A stretch of 59,005 bases of DNA, filler included, from Sphacelaria rigidula (Eukaryota), in assembly GCA_964200075.2 (NCBI GenBank). It is 8 parts of 8 records of this genome, joined end to end, with 100 filler letters (N's around TTAATTAATTAA, not from the genome) between each part and the next. Parts side by side here need not be neighbours in the genome. Positions count along the whole stretch, not along the records: positions 7,390 to 14,677 come from CAXNAA020015616.1; positions 14,778 to 22,065 come from CAXNAA020015617.1; positions 22,166 to 29,453 come from CAXNAA020015618.1; 5 more parts are not named here. One strand, 5' to 3'. Shown here piece by piece: positions 11,898 to 23,644 of this stretch (its first letter is position 1; each line of letters starts with the position of its first letter). The notes beneath the pieces were generated by a model. It saw nothing but the letters and a program-made list of their open reading frames with translations. It ran no database searches and had not been told where the DNA came from. Position numbers and translations under genes: made by a program.

Positions 11898-12014
11898 TTC
11901 CCCGGGTTGAAGCTCTGCTCCCTGTTGTACCTATGGCTTCCCCCAGGTCGAAGCTCTGCTCCCTGTTGTACCTATGGCTTCCCCCAGGTCGAAGCTCTGC
12001 TCCTTGTTGTACCT
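11898..12014. repeat. 41-bp tandem repeat, about 3 copies
   Basis: GAAGCTCTGCTCC recurs at 11909, 11950 and 11991. Confidence 0.9.
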
Positions 12015-12189
12015 CTCTGTTGTCCCCCTTCCTTTTGCTAGGACGCCGAAGCAGTTTGTGCTTCTTCGTTGATCGCTAGCACGTAGAAGCAGTCTGTGCT
12101 TCCGCGTTTCGAAGCAGCTAGTGTTCCTGCTCCTCGAAGCAGTACATGCTTCCCTTCTTTTGAGTTGTGGGAGTGGGTACGGGAGTGTT

Positions 12190-12900
12190 GGGTAGGGGAG
12201 TGTTTCCTTCCAATGCTTTGAGGATACATCTGTTGGGTACGGAAGCGTTTCCTAAGGTATGCTTTATTAGCCCCTCATGACTTTACGAGTAAAGAAAAAC
12301 CTTAGTTTTTGCTATTTGTAGGATAAATCCTCGCAGCTGTAATAAAGGTTCGTCTGGGTGGGTCAGAGTCATGAGAACACATATTAACCTGTTATCATGC
12401 CGCCTCAGACCCGTTGATGAGTCCGGCTTTATATTTGCAATAAGGGTATTCTAAGACCCAAGACTACAGGTCTGTTCAGAGTTGGTCAGGTACGAGTGTG
12501 AATTTGTATATGGCAGAGACGATGGTGGCTTGAGCGTGCCTTTGGCGAGCGAGGGCCACCCTCTGTTACTACCGTCTACTGAACCTCTCTCAGCAAGAAG
12601 TCTCTCACTGGTGAGACTGATATACTGAGCGTGAGATTGGATTGATCGAGTGGACACTGGAAGGTCGAGACCAGGCAATAAAGAAGGAGATATAACTTGC
12701 GCGTGAGATACTGGTATTTGCCGGACACGTCTTGTGTGAGACGGTGCCTTGTTGTTTGGCCTGGCCGTTCAGTCTTAGGACTGACCCCCTTGCCTTGCCT
12801 CGTGAGCCTGTGCTTGCTTATACAGCACTGTAACCCCAATACACAGAGTACATACGGATTGAGTCCCCGTGAATGCTGAATGCGTATGATTTACCAAATA
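12190..12900 (+). mobile_element. Polypurine tract (12190-12200) plus probable 3' LTR starting TG at 12201 (right end uncertain)
   Basis: GGGTAGGGGAG|TGTTT lies downstream of the gypsy-like tail. Confidence 0.4.
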
Positions 12901-12933
12901 TTCATCAGGTATGGATCGCGGATGGTAGAGTTG

Positions 12934-13530
12934 CAAGGGCAGGTTGAGTAGTGCATGTACTTTCGAGTACTCGAGGAAAATACCCGAGTGTATACTCTAC
13001 TCAAATTTTGAGTAGGTCGAGTACGGCCTCAACTACTCTACTCAACTTTTGGGTAGATTGAGTACGGCCTCCAATACTCAAATTTTAGTAGATCGAGTAC
13101 GACCTCCAATACTCCACTTCAATTTTGAGTAAGCCCTTTCAGTTATACGTGAGTATAGAATATCACTTGGGTATGACCTCAATCTCTACTCAAATTTTGG
13201 GGTAGATTGAGTATGGCCTCAAATACGCTACTGAAATTTTGGGTAGATTGAGTACAGCCTCAAATACTGCACTCAAATATTGAGTGAGCACTCTCAGTAA
13301 TACTTGGGTATATAGTATCACTTGTATATTCCCTCACTACTCTACTCAAATTTTGGGTCGATTGAGTACGGCCTCAAATACTCTACTCAAATTTTGTGTA
13401 GATCTAGCACGACCTCAAACAATCCACTCATATTTTGAGTAAATCGAGTACGACCGCCAACACTTTACTGAAACATTGACTGAGCACTCTCATGCAGTAA
13501 TACTCGAGTATAGAGTATCACTTGGGTATG
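12934..13530 (+). mobile_element. Non-autonomous hAT, GAGTA-array family, one end only
   Basis: Starts CAAGGGCAGGTTGAGTA, followed by ~40-bp units containing the palindromic CTACTCAAATTTTGAGTAG. Reverse complement of 18690-19035. Confidence 0.75.
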
Positions 13531-13559
13531 ATAAGTAACCGTGACCGTTGGCGACTTCG

Positions 13560-14677
13560 TGACTGTCATGAAGACGCATATAAATTACTCAAGACGCTTA
13601 CCGAAAAGCCGGTACTTTGCTTTCCTGATTGGGAGGCAGTACAAGATGGCTCCCGCCTTTTCCAACTCCATACTGACGCCAGCACAAATGGTTTTGGAGG
13701 AGTTTTGAATCAACCTCAGGTTGATGGCTCTGTCCGACCCCTCCTTTATATCAACCGCGCTACCCTGCCCAACGAGGCCAAATGGAGCCCGCTAGAACTG
13801 GAAGGCGGGGTAATCACTTGGGCCGTTAAGCGCCTTCGACAATATCTGTTTCACGTGCCCTTCGAGATCTATACGGATCACGGAGCACTTGAACAACTCG
13901 CCAAGGTTGGTGAACACAACCCTCGTGTACAACGATGGTTGGACTTTCTAACAGCATACCAGTTTACCATTAAGCACCGTCCAGGCAAAACCAACGGGAA
14001 CGCGGATCTTCTTTCCCGCCTGCGTCTGCCACCTACGGCCGCAGATTCCAGCCCGGCTTGCCGTTTAACGGAACCCGATGAACCCGGAATTTACGCGATC
14101 AGACGTTTTTCAACGCCCGTTTACGCCCTTGACCTCCAGTGCCCGGACATCGGGATGCATATGGGAGGACCTCGCCCTCTACCATATGACGCCGTCTTGG
14201 GTGGATTAAAACCCACTACCTCCGATTTTGTCGATTTTCGCACTTTCGTACTCGCGCGAAACTCTTCGCGGAGACACCCCCAGTCACCCACATTATCTCC
14301 GACAACACGCGCTGCCGGTCTGCCACCCGCACTACACCGAATGCCTCGCCGCCACCGACAACACCTGCAACCTCTACGAGCCACCCGACACAAGTTCCGC
14401 GGACCAACGCGCAAAGCTCCGCGAAAACTTCGGCACCGTGCGCCACGCGTCGCGGACGACCTTCGCCGCGCACTGGAACAACCCCGCCGCCAATGACGGC
14501 GCCGCAAACATCTTCTGCCCCCGAGCACGGAACTGACGCCTCGTCTCCTACTCCCGAGACAGATATTGACGTCGGCATTTCTGCCCCGTCGCCTGTTCCC
14601 CCGCCGCCTGCCCTACCATGTTTGGTCGGCTCGCCAGCGGAAGGCCAACTACGCGAGTTTCTCGCCAGCTACTCCCA
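13560..14677 (+). pseudogene. Ty3/gypsy pol fragment: RT connection/RNase H plus linker, frameshifted, cut by the spacer
   Basis: PVLCFPDW...FQLHTDAS..GFGGVL.Q...LELE...WAVKRLRQYL...FEIYTDH..L...RVQRWL...F.IKHRPGK.NGNADLLSR is the canonical gypsy RNase H. The reading frame shifts after ~14240. Confidence 0.92.
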
Positions 14678-14777
14678 NNNNNNNNNNNNNNNNNNNNNNN
14701 NNNNNNNNNNNNNNNNNNNNNTTAATTAATTAANNNNNNNNNNNNNNNNNNNNNNNNNNNNNNNNNNNNNNNNNNNN
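14678..14777. other. Artificial 100-nt spacer
   Basis: N44-TTAATTAATTAA-N44. Confidence 0.98.
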
Positions 14778-14984
14778 CCTTTTGGGCAGTAAGGCCGAAG
14801 AAATTGTCAATTTGGTGATTTTGAGTCGTGATGATTTGTCCTAACCGTGCAATGTTATGTCGGTGTTTCAGGCATCAGGTGAAACATCCCGTATCGTCGG
14901 AACATTTGGATCGGAGCATTTGGGCCCATCAAACACTGAAAAGAAAACACATCGTCTTTCGGAAATACACGTCTGGACAAGGCC

Positions 14985-15120
14985 ATGGAGATATACTAGA
15001 GGACCCGTCGAGAGTTACAACCGTTATGTAGACGCCGAGATGACTGAGATGGCGATGGAGATATACTATAGGATCGGTCGACAGGTGCAACTGCTATGTA
15101 GACGCTGAGATAGCTAAGGC
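14985..15120. repeat. 70-bp imperfect tandem duplication
   Basis: ATGGAGATATACTA occurs at 14985 and 15055, each followed by ...TATGTAGACGC(C/T)GAGAT. Confidence 0.7.
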
Positions 15121-16431
15121 GAACTCAGGTACGAAGATGCGAGGTAAATGACCCCGTGATCGATTACTGACTGTATATGCGTATTGTAGACGAACCTTGA
15201 TCTTCCTAACCACTTCGGCGGTCACGCAACCGCACGTTGTGTCCGTGCAGATATCTCGTCGGTGTGCGAGTTTTGTATGCAGGATATCTCGGCTGTGCAT
15301 CCAGGGATTTTTGTGTCGAGACAATCGAAGTCGAACACATTTTTACCATAATGTTTTTCCTCCACGACCTACTGACGATCACGACCTAGCAGACGAGAAT
15401 GGCACGAAGTGGTGGTGGTAGCATGATGAAATACGTGCCAAGCTGCTATCCCCTCCTGTCATCTGCCGGTCGATATAGGGTCAGGAAAGCAACAGTATAC
15501 CGAGATCGTCGTCTGATGGCGTCTCATACACAAGGATAGCATATTTTTTCCATCATCGAAAATCGATCAGGACCACGGGCGTGTTTTTGTAGGGCTGGCG
15601 GTCATGTGCCTAAGGTGACCTTTGGTTTGCCATCAAAAGCGGCCTGAAGTCATATCGTATGCAGTGCATTCTTGCCCATTAATTAACTATCAGCGGCAGA
15701 GCGTGTCATCCGCAGATTGGCCTGCAGTTCACAGCGATATACGTACATCGGGCTGATTCAGGGAAGTCGAAACGTTCTCACCGAAGGGATGCGGGTTTCT
15801 TGGCTGGCCCGCCTCATATTTCCGGTGCAATATGTTGTGTGTAAATGAGTGCAACATGTATTGGGCATGCAAAATACGGGTGGGTCGACGGGTACAACAG
15901 ATGCCGACGGGAAATACATGTAGTGTGTTCAATCGAGTATGTCGAAATGTGTGTGGGAAATACGTATGTAGTGCCTTCTTAGGCTCACCGGCGCTGATCG
16001 ACAACTTAGTACCGGGTACATAACACACCCTGAGATAGTTCTGCCGATATGCCTTCGATTTATATTTTCTCCACAATATATCGGCGACCCGCGTTGTTCC
16101 ACAGACTACACCCTAGACAATAAAAGGCGTCTATTGCAAGGGCAATGTAATCTGCCGCAGCATATGCCAATATTGTCGTCCTAATGTCTATCGATCGGCA
16201 AGTTTCTCTCTCTGTCTATTGTCGTCGACAATGTCTATCCGTAGACCCCTTTCCCACACTTTTGCCTGGACAGCAATCTATTGTGGCCCTGCACCGAAAT
16301 CTATTGCCGCCGACCAAATGCATCGAGAGATTGCTTTCTAGATCTATTGATGACGGTAATTGATGTCCATGAATCGTGCACCAAATTTAAATATATTGAT
16401 GGCAGCAATGATTATTGGTAGATTTCATTAT

Positions 16432-16508
16432 TCTTTCTGTCGCACTTTGAACCCCCCCCCTTCCTCAGGACGAGTCCGCGGTTTCAAGGGATCAACCCCT
16501 CTCTCCCC
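16432..16508 (-). mobile_element. SINE family B, 3' fragment
   Basis: Matches 57632-57700 and is the reverse complement of 16900-16985. Confidence 0.6.
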
Positions 16509-16656
16509 GGTTAGATACAGAATTCAGTGATTAGGGCAAAAGCTATCGATAGATACATACCAGAATCTGTTGTGCTACAAACGGCTATCGATAGATATCC
16601 CCTGTTGTCTGTTGCCACAGCTACGATGGAACATAGTATGTATAGAGCACATACTC

Positions 16657-16985
16657 GCCGCACCCCTGTGGACTAGTGGTCCGACTGTCACCATCACTAT
16701 TGGGGTGGAGAGAAATGTGGGTTCGATTACCAATTCGTTGGGTTTATTCTTCCAAGTATCTGATCTACACCGTCGAAAGCATGAGTACGTGAGTGAACAG
16801 AAAGTAGATGGATGGCTTTGTTTGACGCGAGTCGACGCGGTGCGGTAGTGCAGATGGTCATGATCCAATCCACGAGACCAAAATGCAAGGCTTGTAACGG
16901 GGACAGATGGGTTGATCCCTTGAATCTAGTAGACCACGAGACTCGTCCCAGGGAAGGTGGAGGGTCAAAGTGTGACAAAGAAAAA
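16657..16985 (+). mobile_element. tRNA-derived SINE family B, full length
   Basis: Head has an A-box-like TGGACTAGTGG and a B-box GGTTCGATTACC, with an A-rich tail. Homologous to 57632-57926 (-). Confidence 0.7.
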
Positions 16986-17723
16986 CCTATTGAAATACGG
17001 TAGAGAGGTCGCAGTTGAACATGGGGTGGGTATATATGATGATAAGGCTTGCGCACATATGACTTCACAATTTTTCTAGTTTAGATTGGTTTCATGTTGC
17101 ATAATAGGAATCCGCGACAGGTGTGGACAGAAGTTTACGAGTCTTGTTGTTGGTGTGGTGTTGGAACTTAGTCTTCTCCTTTCGATGGACAAGAACGCTT
17201 AGGGTACTTTTTGTGTCTGGGTGAGATGTGCTTATACTCTGGACAATTAACTAACTGTGTGATCGCACCTTGCCGTCACAATGACCCCAAAAATGTGACT
17301 CTCAAGGTCCATTGTCAGCCGCAATCGACTGACACTGCCTAGCGATAGCTATTGTAGACACTCATAGATTCGGGACAAGGGGCAGAATGTATCTTTGCCG
17401 TGTCAGTGGGGTCGCCAGGTTGTCTGTCGATGGATATTCCTTGTTACAAAAGGCTCTGAAGTGCGACCACCAATGTCTATTGCCAATCACGGTGGGATCG
17501 GCATTTGCGGCCACCAATACATATTGCCGGTCACAATAGGATCTGAATCGTGCCCTTTAACGTCTATTGCTGGCCACAATAGAAAATGAATCGCGATCAC
17601 CAATGTCCATCGCTGGTCACAATACGATCCGAATCGCAGCCACCAATATATATTGCTGGTCACAATAGGAGCTGAATGGCATCTATAAGTTTCCCTTGGT
17701 TTAGACTTTTCGGTGGATGTTTC

Positions 17724-19035
17724 CAACGGCAGGTCGAGTAGACTATACTCAATATTCAGTATTCTGCACTAGTCATACTTGTAGTACTCAAATTTTGAGT
17801 CGAGTATTTGAGGCCGTATTCGACCTACTCAAAATTTGCCATACCCAAATGATACTCTATACTCGACTATTACTGAGAGTGCTTACTCAATGTTTGAGTA
17901 GAGTGTTTTAGGTTGTACTCGATCTACTCAAACTCTGAGTAGAGTATTTGAGGTCGTACTCGACCTCCTCAAAGTTTGAGTAGAATATTTGAGGTCATAC
18001 CCAATCTACTCAAAATTCGAGTAGAGTAAGTGAGGTCATACCCAATCTACCCTAAAGTTGGGTAGAGTATCTGAGGCCGGACCCGATGTACCACCACTGA
18101 CTCTCTCATCATGGAGGAGTCACATGTGCGGCTAGTAGAGTAGCTCGTTTTGATAATACCTACCCAACTACCCGGCTAGTCGATTACTCAATGATGATGA
18201 GTAGCGCTCTGTACTCAAAGTGGTATCGAAGGGGTTGAGAGGCATCCAGTATGTACTGCCATGGGTGGGGGCAGGCGAGCTGGGACAGGTAGGTTCATTC
18301 ACCTGCACGCTTTTTTGTTTTTTTATGGCCATCATTCGCTCATAGTCATTGTCGCCCGTGACGTACCGCCACTCATCTAATTGATGACCACACACGCGGC
18401 CATTTCGCCACCTTCCAAATTCCTCCGGGTCGGTCCATTTTTCGAGCGTCCAGAGGAACTAAGCGCCTCCGGAGGAGTGCGCGGCCCTCTAGAGGAGATT
18501 TTTTGGTTTCCTCCAGAGGGATTGAAAGCCTCCGGAGGCTTGTTATTGCCTCTGGAGGGCCGCGCATATCTCCGAAGGCATTTTGGGCGGTAGCCAAATG
18601 GCCGCGTGTGCATCGGTCGCCCATGTATTCAACATGGTCTGTGAAGCGATGTATTGAAGTCGCTGACGGTCACGGTTGCTCGTCATACCCAAGTGATACT
18701 CTACCCTCGAGTATTACTGAAAGTGCTTACTCAATGTTTGAGTAGAGTATTGGAGGTCGTACTCCATCTACTCAAAAATTTAGTAGAGTATTTGAGGTCG
18801 TACCCAACGTGCTGAAGATTTGAGTAGAGTATGTAAGGCCGTACTCGACGTACTCAAAATTTTAGTAGAATATTGAGGTCATACCCAAGTGATGCTCTGT
18901 ACTAAAGTATTACTGAAAGTGCTTACTCAATATTTTAGTAGAATATTTGAGGCCGTACTCGACCTACTTAAAATTTGAGTAGCGAGTATTTTACTCGAGT
19001 ACTCGAAAGTGCATACTCTACTCAACCTGCCCTCG
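17724..19035. mobile_element. Complete non-autonomous hAT (GAGTA-array family) with internal cargo and a nested MITE
   Basis: TIRs CAACGGCAGGTCGAG / CTCAACCTGCCCTCG. 8-bp TSD GATGTTTC (17716-23) vs GATATTTC (19036-43), 7/8 identical. Confidence 0.8.
18391..18610. mobile_element. 220-bp MITE with CACAC termini (CACTA/CMC-like?)
   Basis: TIR CACACGCGGCCATTT / AAATGGCCGCGTGTG, flanked by CA on both sides. Internal CCTC(C/T)(G/A)GAGG palindromes. Confidence 0.75.
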
Positions 19036-19360
19036 GATATTTCCACCTTCCACAAAAGCTATTGCCAGCTATCGCCTCGGGTTGTTGTGTGTCAATGTGT
19101 TAGAATAATTGCCGTTGATCCCGTGAGACCGCTACAGTGAGCAATATGTGTATATACATGTATATATATATATATAAAATCAAAACGTTTTATTGGGGGC
19201 AATATCTATCGATAGATACCCCCCAATCCGTGGTTGGCGCAAAGGCTATCGATAGGTGGTTCACCAAGTATATTGATGAAGGCAAGGACCATTGAGAGAT
19301 AAGTAATCAAATCCATTTATTACGGCAACGACTATTGATAGGTTTACCCCAGAATCTATT

Positions 19361-19657
19361 CACACGTCGGACGAGTCATCACTCGTCGAAACGAGTGCAC
19401 TCGTGGATGCTTGTTGAAAACACAACGAGCATGACTCGTGTGCTCAAGCCATTACTTTTTTTCACAACGAGCAATAACTCGAGTGCTCGCCCTACTACTT
19501 TTTCCCCCACAACGAGCAATGACTCGAGTGCTCGCCCTATGAGTTTGTTCTCACAACGAACAATGACTCGAGTGCTCGCCCTATTAATTTTTACGGCCAA
19601 CGAGCAGCCCAAGGAGCGCGAGTGCCACGAGTCACACTTGTGCTCGTCCGACGTGTG
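19361..19657. mobile_element. 297-bp hAT-type MITE
   Basis: TIR CACACGTCGGACGAG / CTCGTCCGACGTGTG. Perfect 8-bp TSD AATCTATT (19353-60, 19658-65). Internal ~40-bp ACAACGAGCAATGACTCGAGTGCTCGCCC repeats. Confidence 0.9.
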
Positions 19658-22065
19658 AATCTATTGCGGTATACGATGTTCGTCGATGGCCGGTAAACTC
19701 AATCTATTGTAGTCGCCATGGACTATTAATCGACGCGCGCAACATCTACTGTCGCTTGCAACGCATATCAATAGATGTGTTTCACCATCTCTATTGTGTT
19801 CGACAATGTACATCGATTGGTTTCCGTCCGCGTCTATTATTGATGCAATAGGCTATTGCTGTGTCCATTGTCCAGAGTGTGTGCAGCATACATCGTGATG
19901 ACTATAATTTTTTGAGCTCGTGTTCGGCACATATTGTCGCACCAACATGTCATGTTTCTTTCGACTCGATACACGCCAACCTGTCGATATATCTATCGCT
20001 GGCGCGGGAAGTACACATTATCACAATATATCGTTCGGGCAGCAACCAAACACAAGGCGGCACGAACACACGCCAACCTGACGGTGCGAACCTCCAGTGC
20101 CGCTAAAATGTACAATACCCCCAACTAGACCACTCACAGGCATGTATCTTCAAGGCCCGAAAAAATGCTATTTTCAAATATAAAGGATCGAGACGTATCG
20201 ACATCTTACCGATCCGTCTAGGGTATGAAACGTTCTGAACGTGGTGCAGTAACAGAGATATACCTCTCCCCCTTGCTTGACGCCAAAACAGCGCATGCTA
20301 GAGAAGGTCATGAGGTAAATTGTACACGCCGACTCAAAATATTGCGACATTGTTGGGATATATTTGGTAACCTTTCTCACGCCACGCGCTGTCATGCTGC
20401 CCACCATCCCGTCGTTTCTATACGCCACTAATCCGCAGGCACTGTGCGCTGATGCTCGCGAAGCCGCCCACCGTACGGACTGTGGAATGAACCCCAGGAG
20501 AAAAGTACACGAGGAACTCGTACTGGCAGACGCAGTAAGAATGGATGCTCTCATTCTGCGAGGGTCCTGCTTGTCCAGGAGATACTGTGACTGTGACGGC
20601 CAGCCGTGCTAGCTTGGTTGAGGCACGTAGAAACTCATGTCCAGCGTGCGAGCAAAGCCACGGCAGCGTCTTGTACTGGATTCTATTGTGCCCATCGTCA
20701 CTTTTATGGTTTTGACTTTTCGTGGGGTGCGGTGTGATTGACTTATCATGTGTTCTGCTACGACATTAAACGGGCTGCAGTCCGAGGTTTTGGCCACAAC
20801 GCGAGAACCATGCACCTGGCGCACGGGTCAGTGTATGTGTCGCCTTGTGGATGTTTTGTGTGGTGCGATCAGCTCCGTTAGTTTGGCGGATTTTCGAAAG
20901 CGTTAGTGCTTTTGTGCGGCGCAACCAAGGAAAACGACAAGCGCAAAGAAGAGCGACCCCCGGGAAAGAGCGGGGACGGGAAGGCAGGTTCAATTTTTGG
21001 ATGAGGCCGACTCTTACGGCGCGTGATCTGGAACTGAAAACGTTGGGTTCGATCACCCGGGTGTCCGTAGTAAAGTCGTGATTTCCCAGACCAGCTGGAC
21101 CAATTTTGACCCTTTTTGGCCCCAGTCTCACCAACAACCTAAAGCGCGTTTTGCTGGCCATTCGTTAGTGTACAGTATATCCAAGGGGACGCGTGCAGTG
21201 GGAGTTTGGATACCCAAGTGTTCTTAGCTCTTGAGCTGACAATTCCGAAAATTGCACCAGTTGGTATTAGAGTGATTGATACACGTCCTTTTTCAGTTCA
21301 TGTTCATGTTGCCGTGTGCCCTCTACTCCCTTTGCGTGCCACCAGCTACTGTGGGGCAATCGATGGTGCCCATTTATTGAAACTTTGGATACCATCCCTG
21401 GTGGGATAGTGTTAACCCTTGGACGAAGAGAGGTTGCGGGATAACGTCATGATCGCGCGTAACAGAGCGTTATCTGGGATTCGGAGTTCGGGAATGTAGC
21501 GTGCATTATGAGCCACCCAGATGGTTTAGCCCTTTGGCCTCCAGCATCGTTTCGGAACAGTATCACCGGACGACAATCCAGGGGTTTCCATGTTTCTTGT
21601 GGGGCGGACATGTGGGTTTCCCGAGCATCGGATAGCGCTTCTCAAATCAGCCATTCGCAAATCCAGGAAAATTCTAGGTGAAATAACAGAACTGAAGGGG
21701 GGGGTCCAGTGGTTATATTGGTATTTCTGACTCTCTGAGTGGTGGAACGTGTTCCGTACAAATCGCGACAGGCGGTCTTCCTTCTATTGCTGCAGACGAG
21801 GCTACCTGATCAGCTTTCCCGCCCACCGACGGCGCATCTGCCGACGATGACCTATCACGCTCGGGCACCATCGTCATGAGCTAAGGCCTTTGAGGCGGGA
21901 TGAGAGGGGGTATTCTGGCACTTGCTGGAGAATAGCTTGCAACCTGAGGCGCGCAGGGGGGGGCACGAGATCCACCGGATATCACCCCGCTCCCCTGGGA
22001 CTCGCTGAACACACCACGGCACTTCGCGCTTGGTGACTGAGTGCGAGCCTGGTCCGGCGAAAACC

Positions 22066-22165
22066 NNNNNNNNNNNNNNNNNNNNNNNNNNNNNNNNNNN
22101 NNNNNNNNNTTAATTAATTAANNNNNNNNNNNNNNNNNNNNNNNNNNNNNNNNNNNNNNNNNNNN
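22066..22165. other. Artificial 100-nt spacer
   Basis: N44-TTAATTAATTAA-N44. Confidence 0.98.
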
Positions 22166-22670
22166 GGTGTCACGTTAATGACGCCGCTTTAGTCCGCGGC
22201 AAGCCCCCGTCGCCCCCGCCCCCCGTCATGCGCCCCCAGCTTTGTGTATTCATTGTAATTCGAGTTTTTCCCTCCCGCCCCCGGTTCCATCACCCGCCCC
22301 CTTGAGGCCATGCCTGGTGTATGTAGTTGCGGGGAAATATTCCAGTCCCTACTTCTTGGAGCAAGGTCTATCAGGCGTAGGCTGTTGTTGAATTTCGCGT
22401 TGAACTTCTGAGAGCATGACGAAAACTAGTTCACTCTAGTCGTGTTGTACTGTTGTTGTGTAGTTGTACTATGGTACTACTACATATATTTCTTCCGTTT
22501 TTTGGTGCTGTTTCGTGCTGCTGTTGTTGTTGCAGACTCCGTGACGATCTGGCACCGAAAAATCTGCATGCTTCAAATCACGTATTATAACAGTTACTTT
22601 AACTCACCAAATCATTCACAGTACGTAGCATAAGGGGGTCACATGCGTCACTCACCCTTTACCACCACAG

Positions 22671-22915
22671 GCGTCGAAGACATAGACAAGTTGATAGCAG
22701 AGGCGAAGGTTCTACATCCGACACATTTCGCCGTTTTCTGGGCGCTGGACGCCACAGCCAAGGGCCTTTCCGGGGAGGGAGCGGCGGCAGCCGCGGAAGC
22801 GGCGTGGAGTCGGGTGGTCGCTTTGGCGGACCAATTGCCACCGAAGTTTCACCATGAGAAGGTGGTGTACTGGGATTCCCTGGCGCAAGCGCGGGTCGTG
22901 GCTGGCGATATCAAG
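22671..22915 (+). CDS. Penultimate exon of a host gene with a helical TPR-like C-terminus (SMYD/SET-MYND-like)
   Basis: ccacag|GC acceptor and AAG|gtcagg donor (phase 0). Peptide VEDIDKLIAEAKVLHPTHFAVFWALD...FHHEKVVYWDSLAQARVVAGDIK. Joins in frame to 28647. Confidence 0.75.
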
Positions 22916-23135
22916 GTCAGGGTGTTGAACAAAGAACGAGAACCAGCGAGAAGCTTTTGTCTTCATGGTGCTGGTATTAATCAGAGGGTAATGTGCTGAA
23001 ACGTATCCCCATCGTCAATGTTGGGTTCGTCAGGGCTGAGTGCTGGCTGGCGATACATACGGTGTATACTGGCGGGGGGCAGCAGTGTTTTCAGAATGGC
23101 CAGGACAACATCTTACGGGAATGGTGGCAGTATCT

Positions 23136-23644
23136 AACGGGCAATTCTATAAAATGAGGTTGTACACTAAGACGAGATTCAAGCCCAAAACAATGCTTGC
23201 TTTCCCCACACTTTCAGCGATGGTGCCTAATGACGTTTTTGTCGGCCTAATGCCCCTCGATCGCGTGGATACTTTTTCAGCGCATTTTACCGACTCTGTG
23301 AGCTTACAGCGCTCACCGAAACCGTCATTTTCCCTGATTTTTAGGGGAGGGGGGTGTACTCATATCATGTATGCCATAGTCATCAGACCATTGACGTCGC
23401 ATCCCTTCAAAACCGGGACAGAGCACGCCGGGTTCCGCGGGGGGTGATACCAGGGAAAATGACGGTTTCGGTCAGCGCTGTAAGCTCAGACTCGGTGAAA
23501 TGCGCTGAAAAATTATCTACGCGATCGAGCGGCATAAGGCCGACAAAAAATTCATGAGGCACCATCGCTGAAAGTGTGGGAAAACACTGTTTTGGGCTTG
23601 AACCTCATTTTAGTGTACAACCTCATTTTATAGAATTGTCTGTT
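23136..23644. mobile_element. Foldback MITE with ~200-bp inverted arms and an unrelated repeat in its loop
   Basis: 23136-23337 is the reverse complement of 23451-23644. Related ends occur at ~44170-44229 and ~51745-51800. Confidence 0.85.
23344..23447 (-). repeat. Poly-C-terminated repeat family copy
   Basis: G-run followed by GTACTCATATCATGTATGCCATAGTCATCAGACCATTGACGTCGCATCCCT. Confidence 0.7.

Noticed and set aside
12934..13530. CRISPR-like array (also 17724-19035, 26656-27176, 41760-43949)
   Set aside because: The units are degenerate and contiguous without unique spacers, they are bounded by TIRs or TSDs, and there are no cas genes. They are transposon subterminal arrays.
20439..20534. 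Upstream exon of the SMYD-like gene (ALCADARE...VLADA|gtaaga)
   Set aside because: It lies in a different fragment and ends in phase 0, whereas 22671 needs phase 1.
21420..22065. DIRS/tyrosine-recombinase retrotransposon RT remnant (PEHRIALLK...ILGEI)
   Set aside because: Only one short resemblance, with no YxDD or RNase H motif and many stops.
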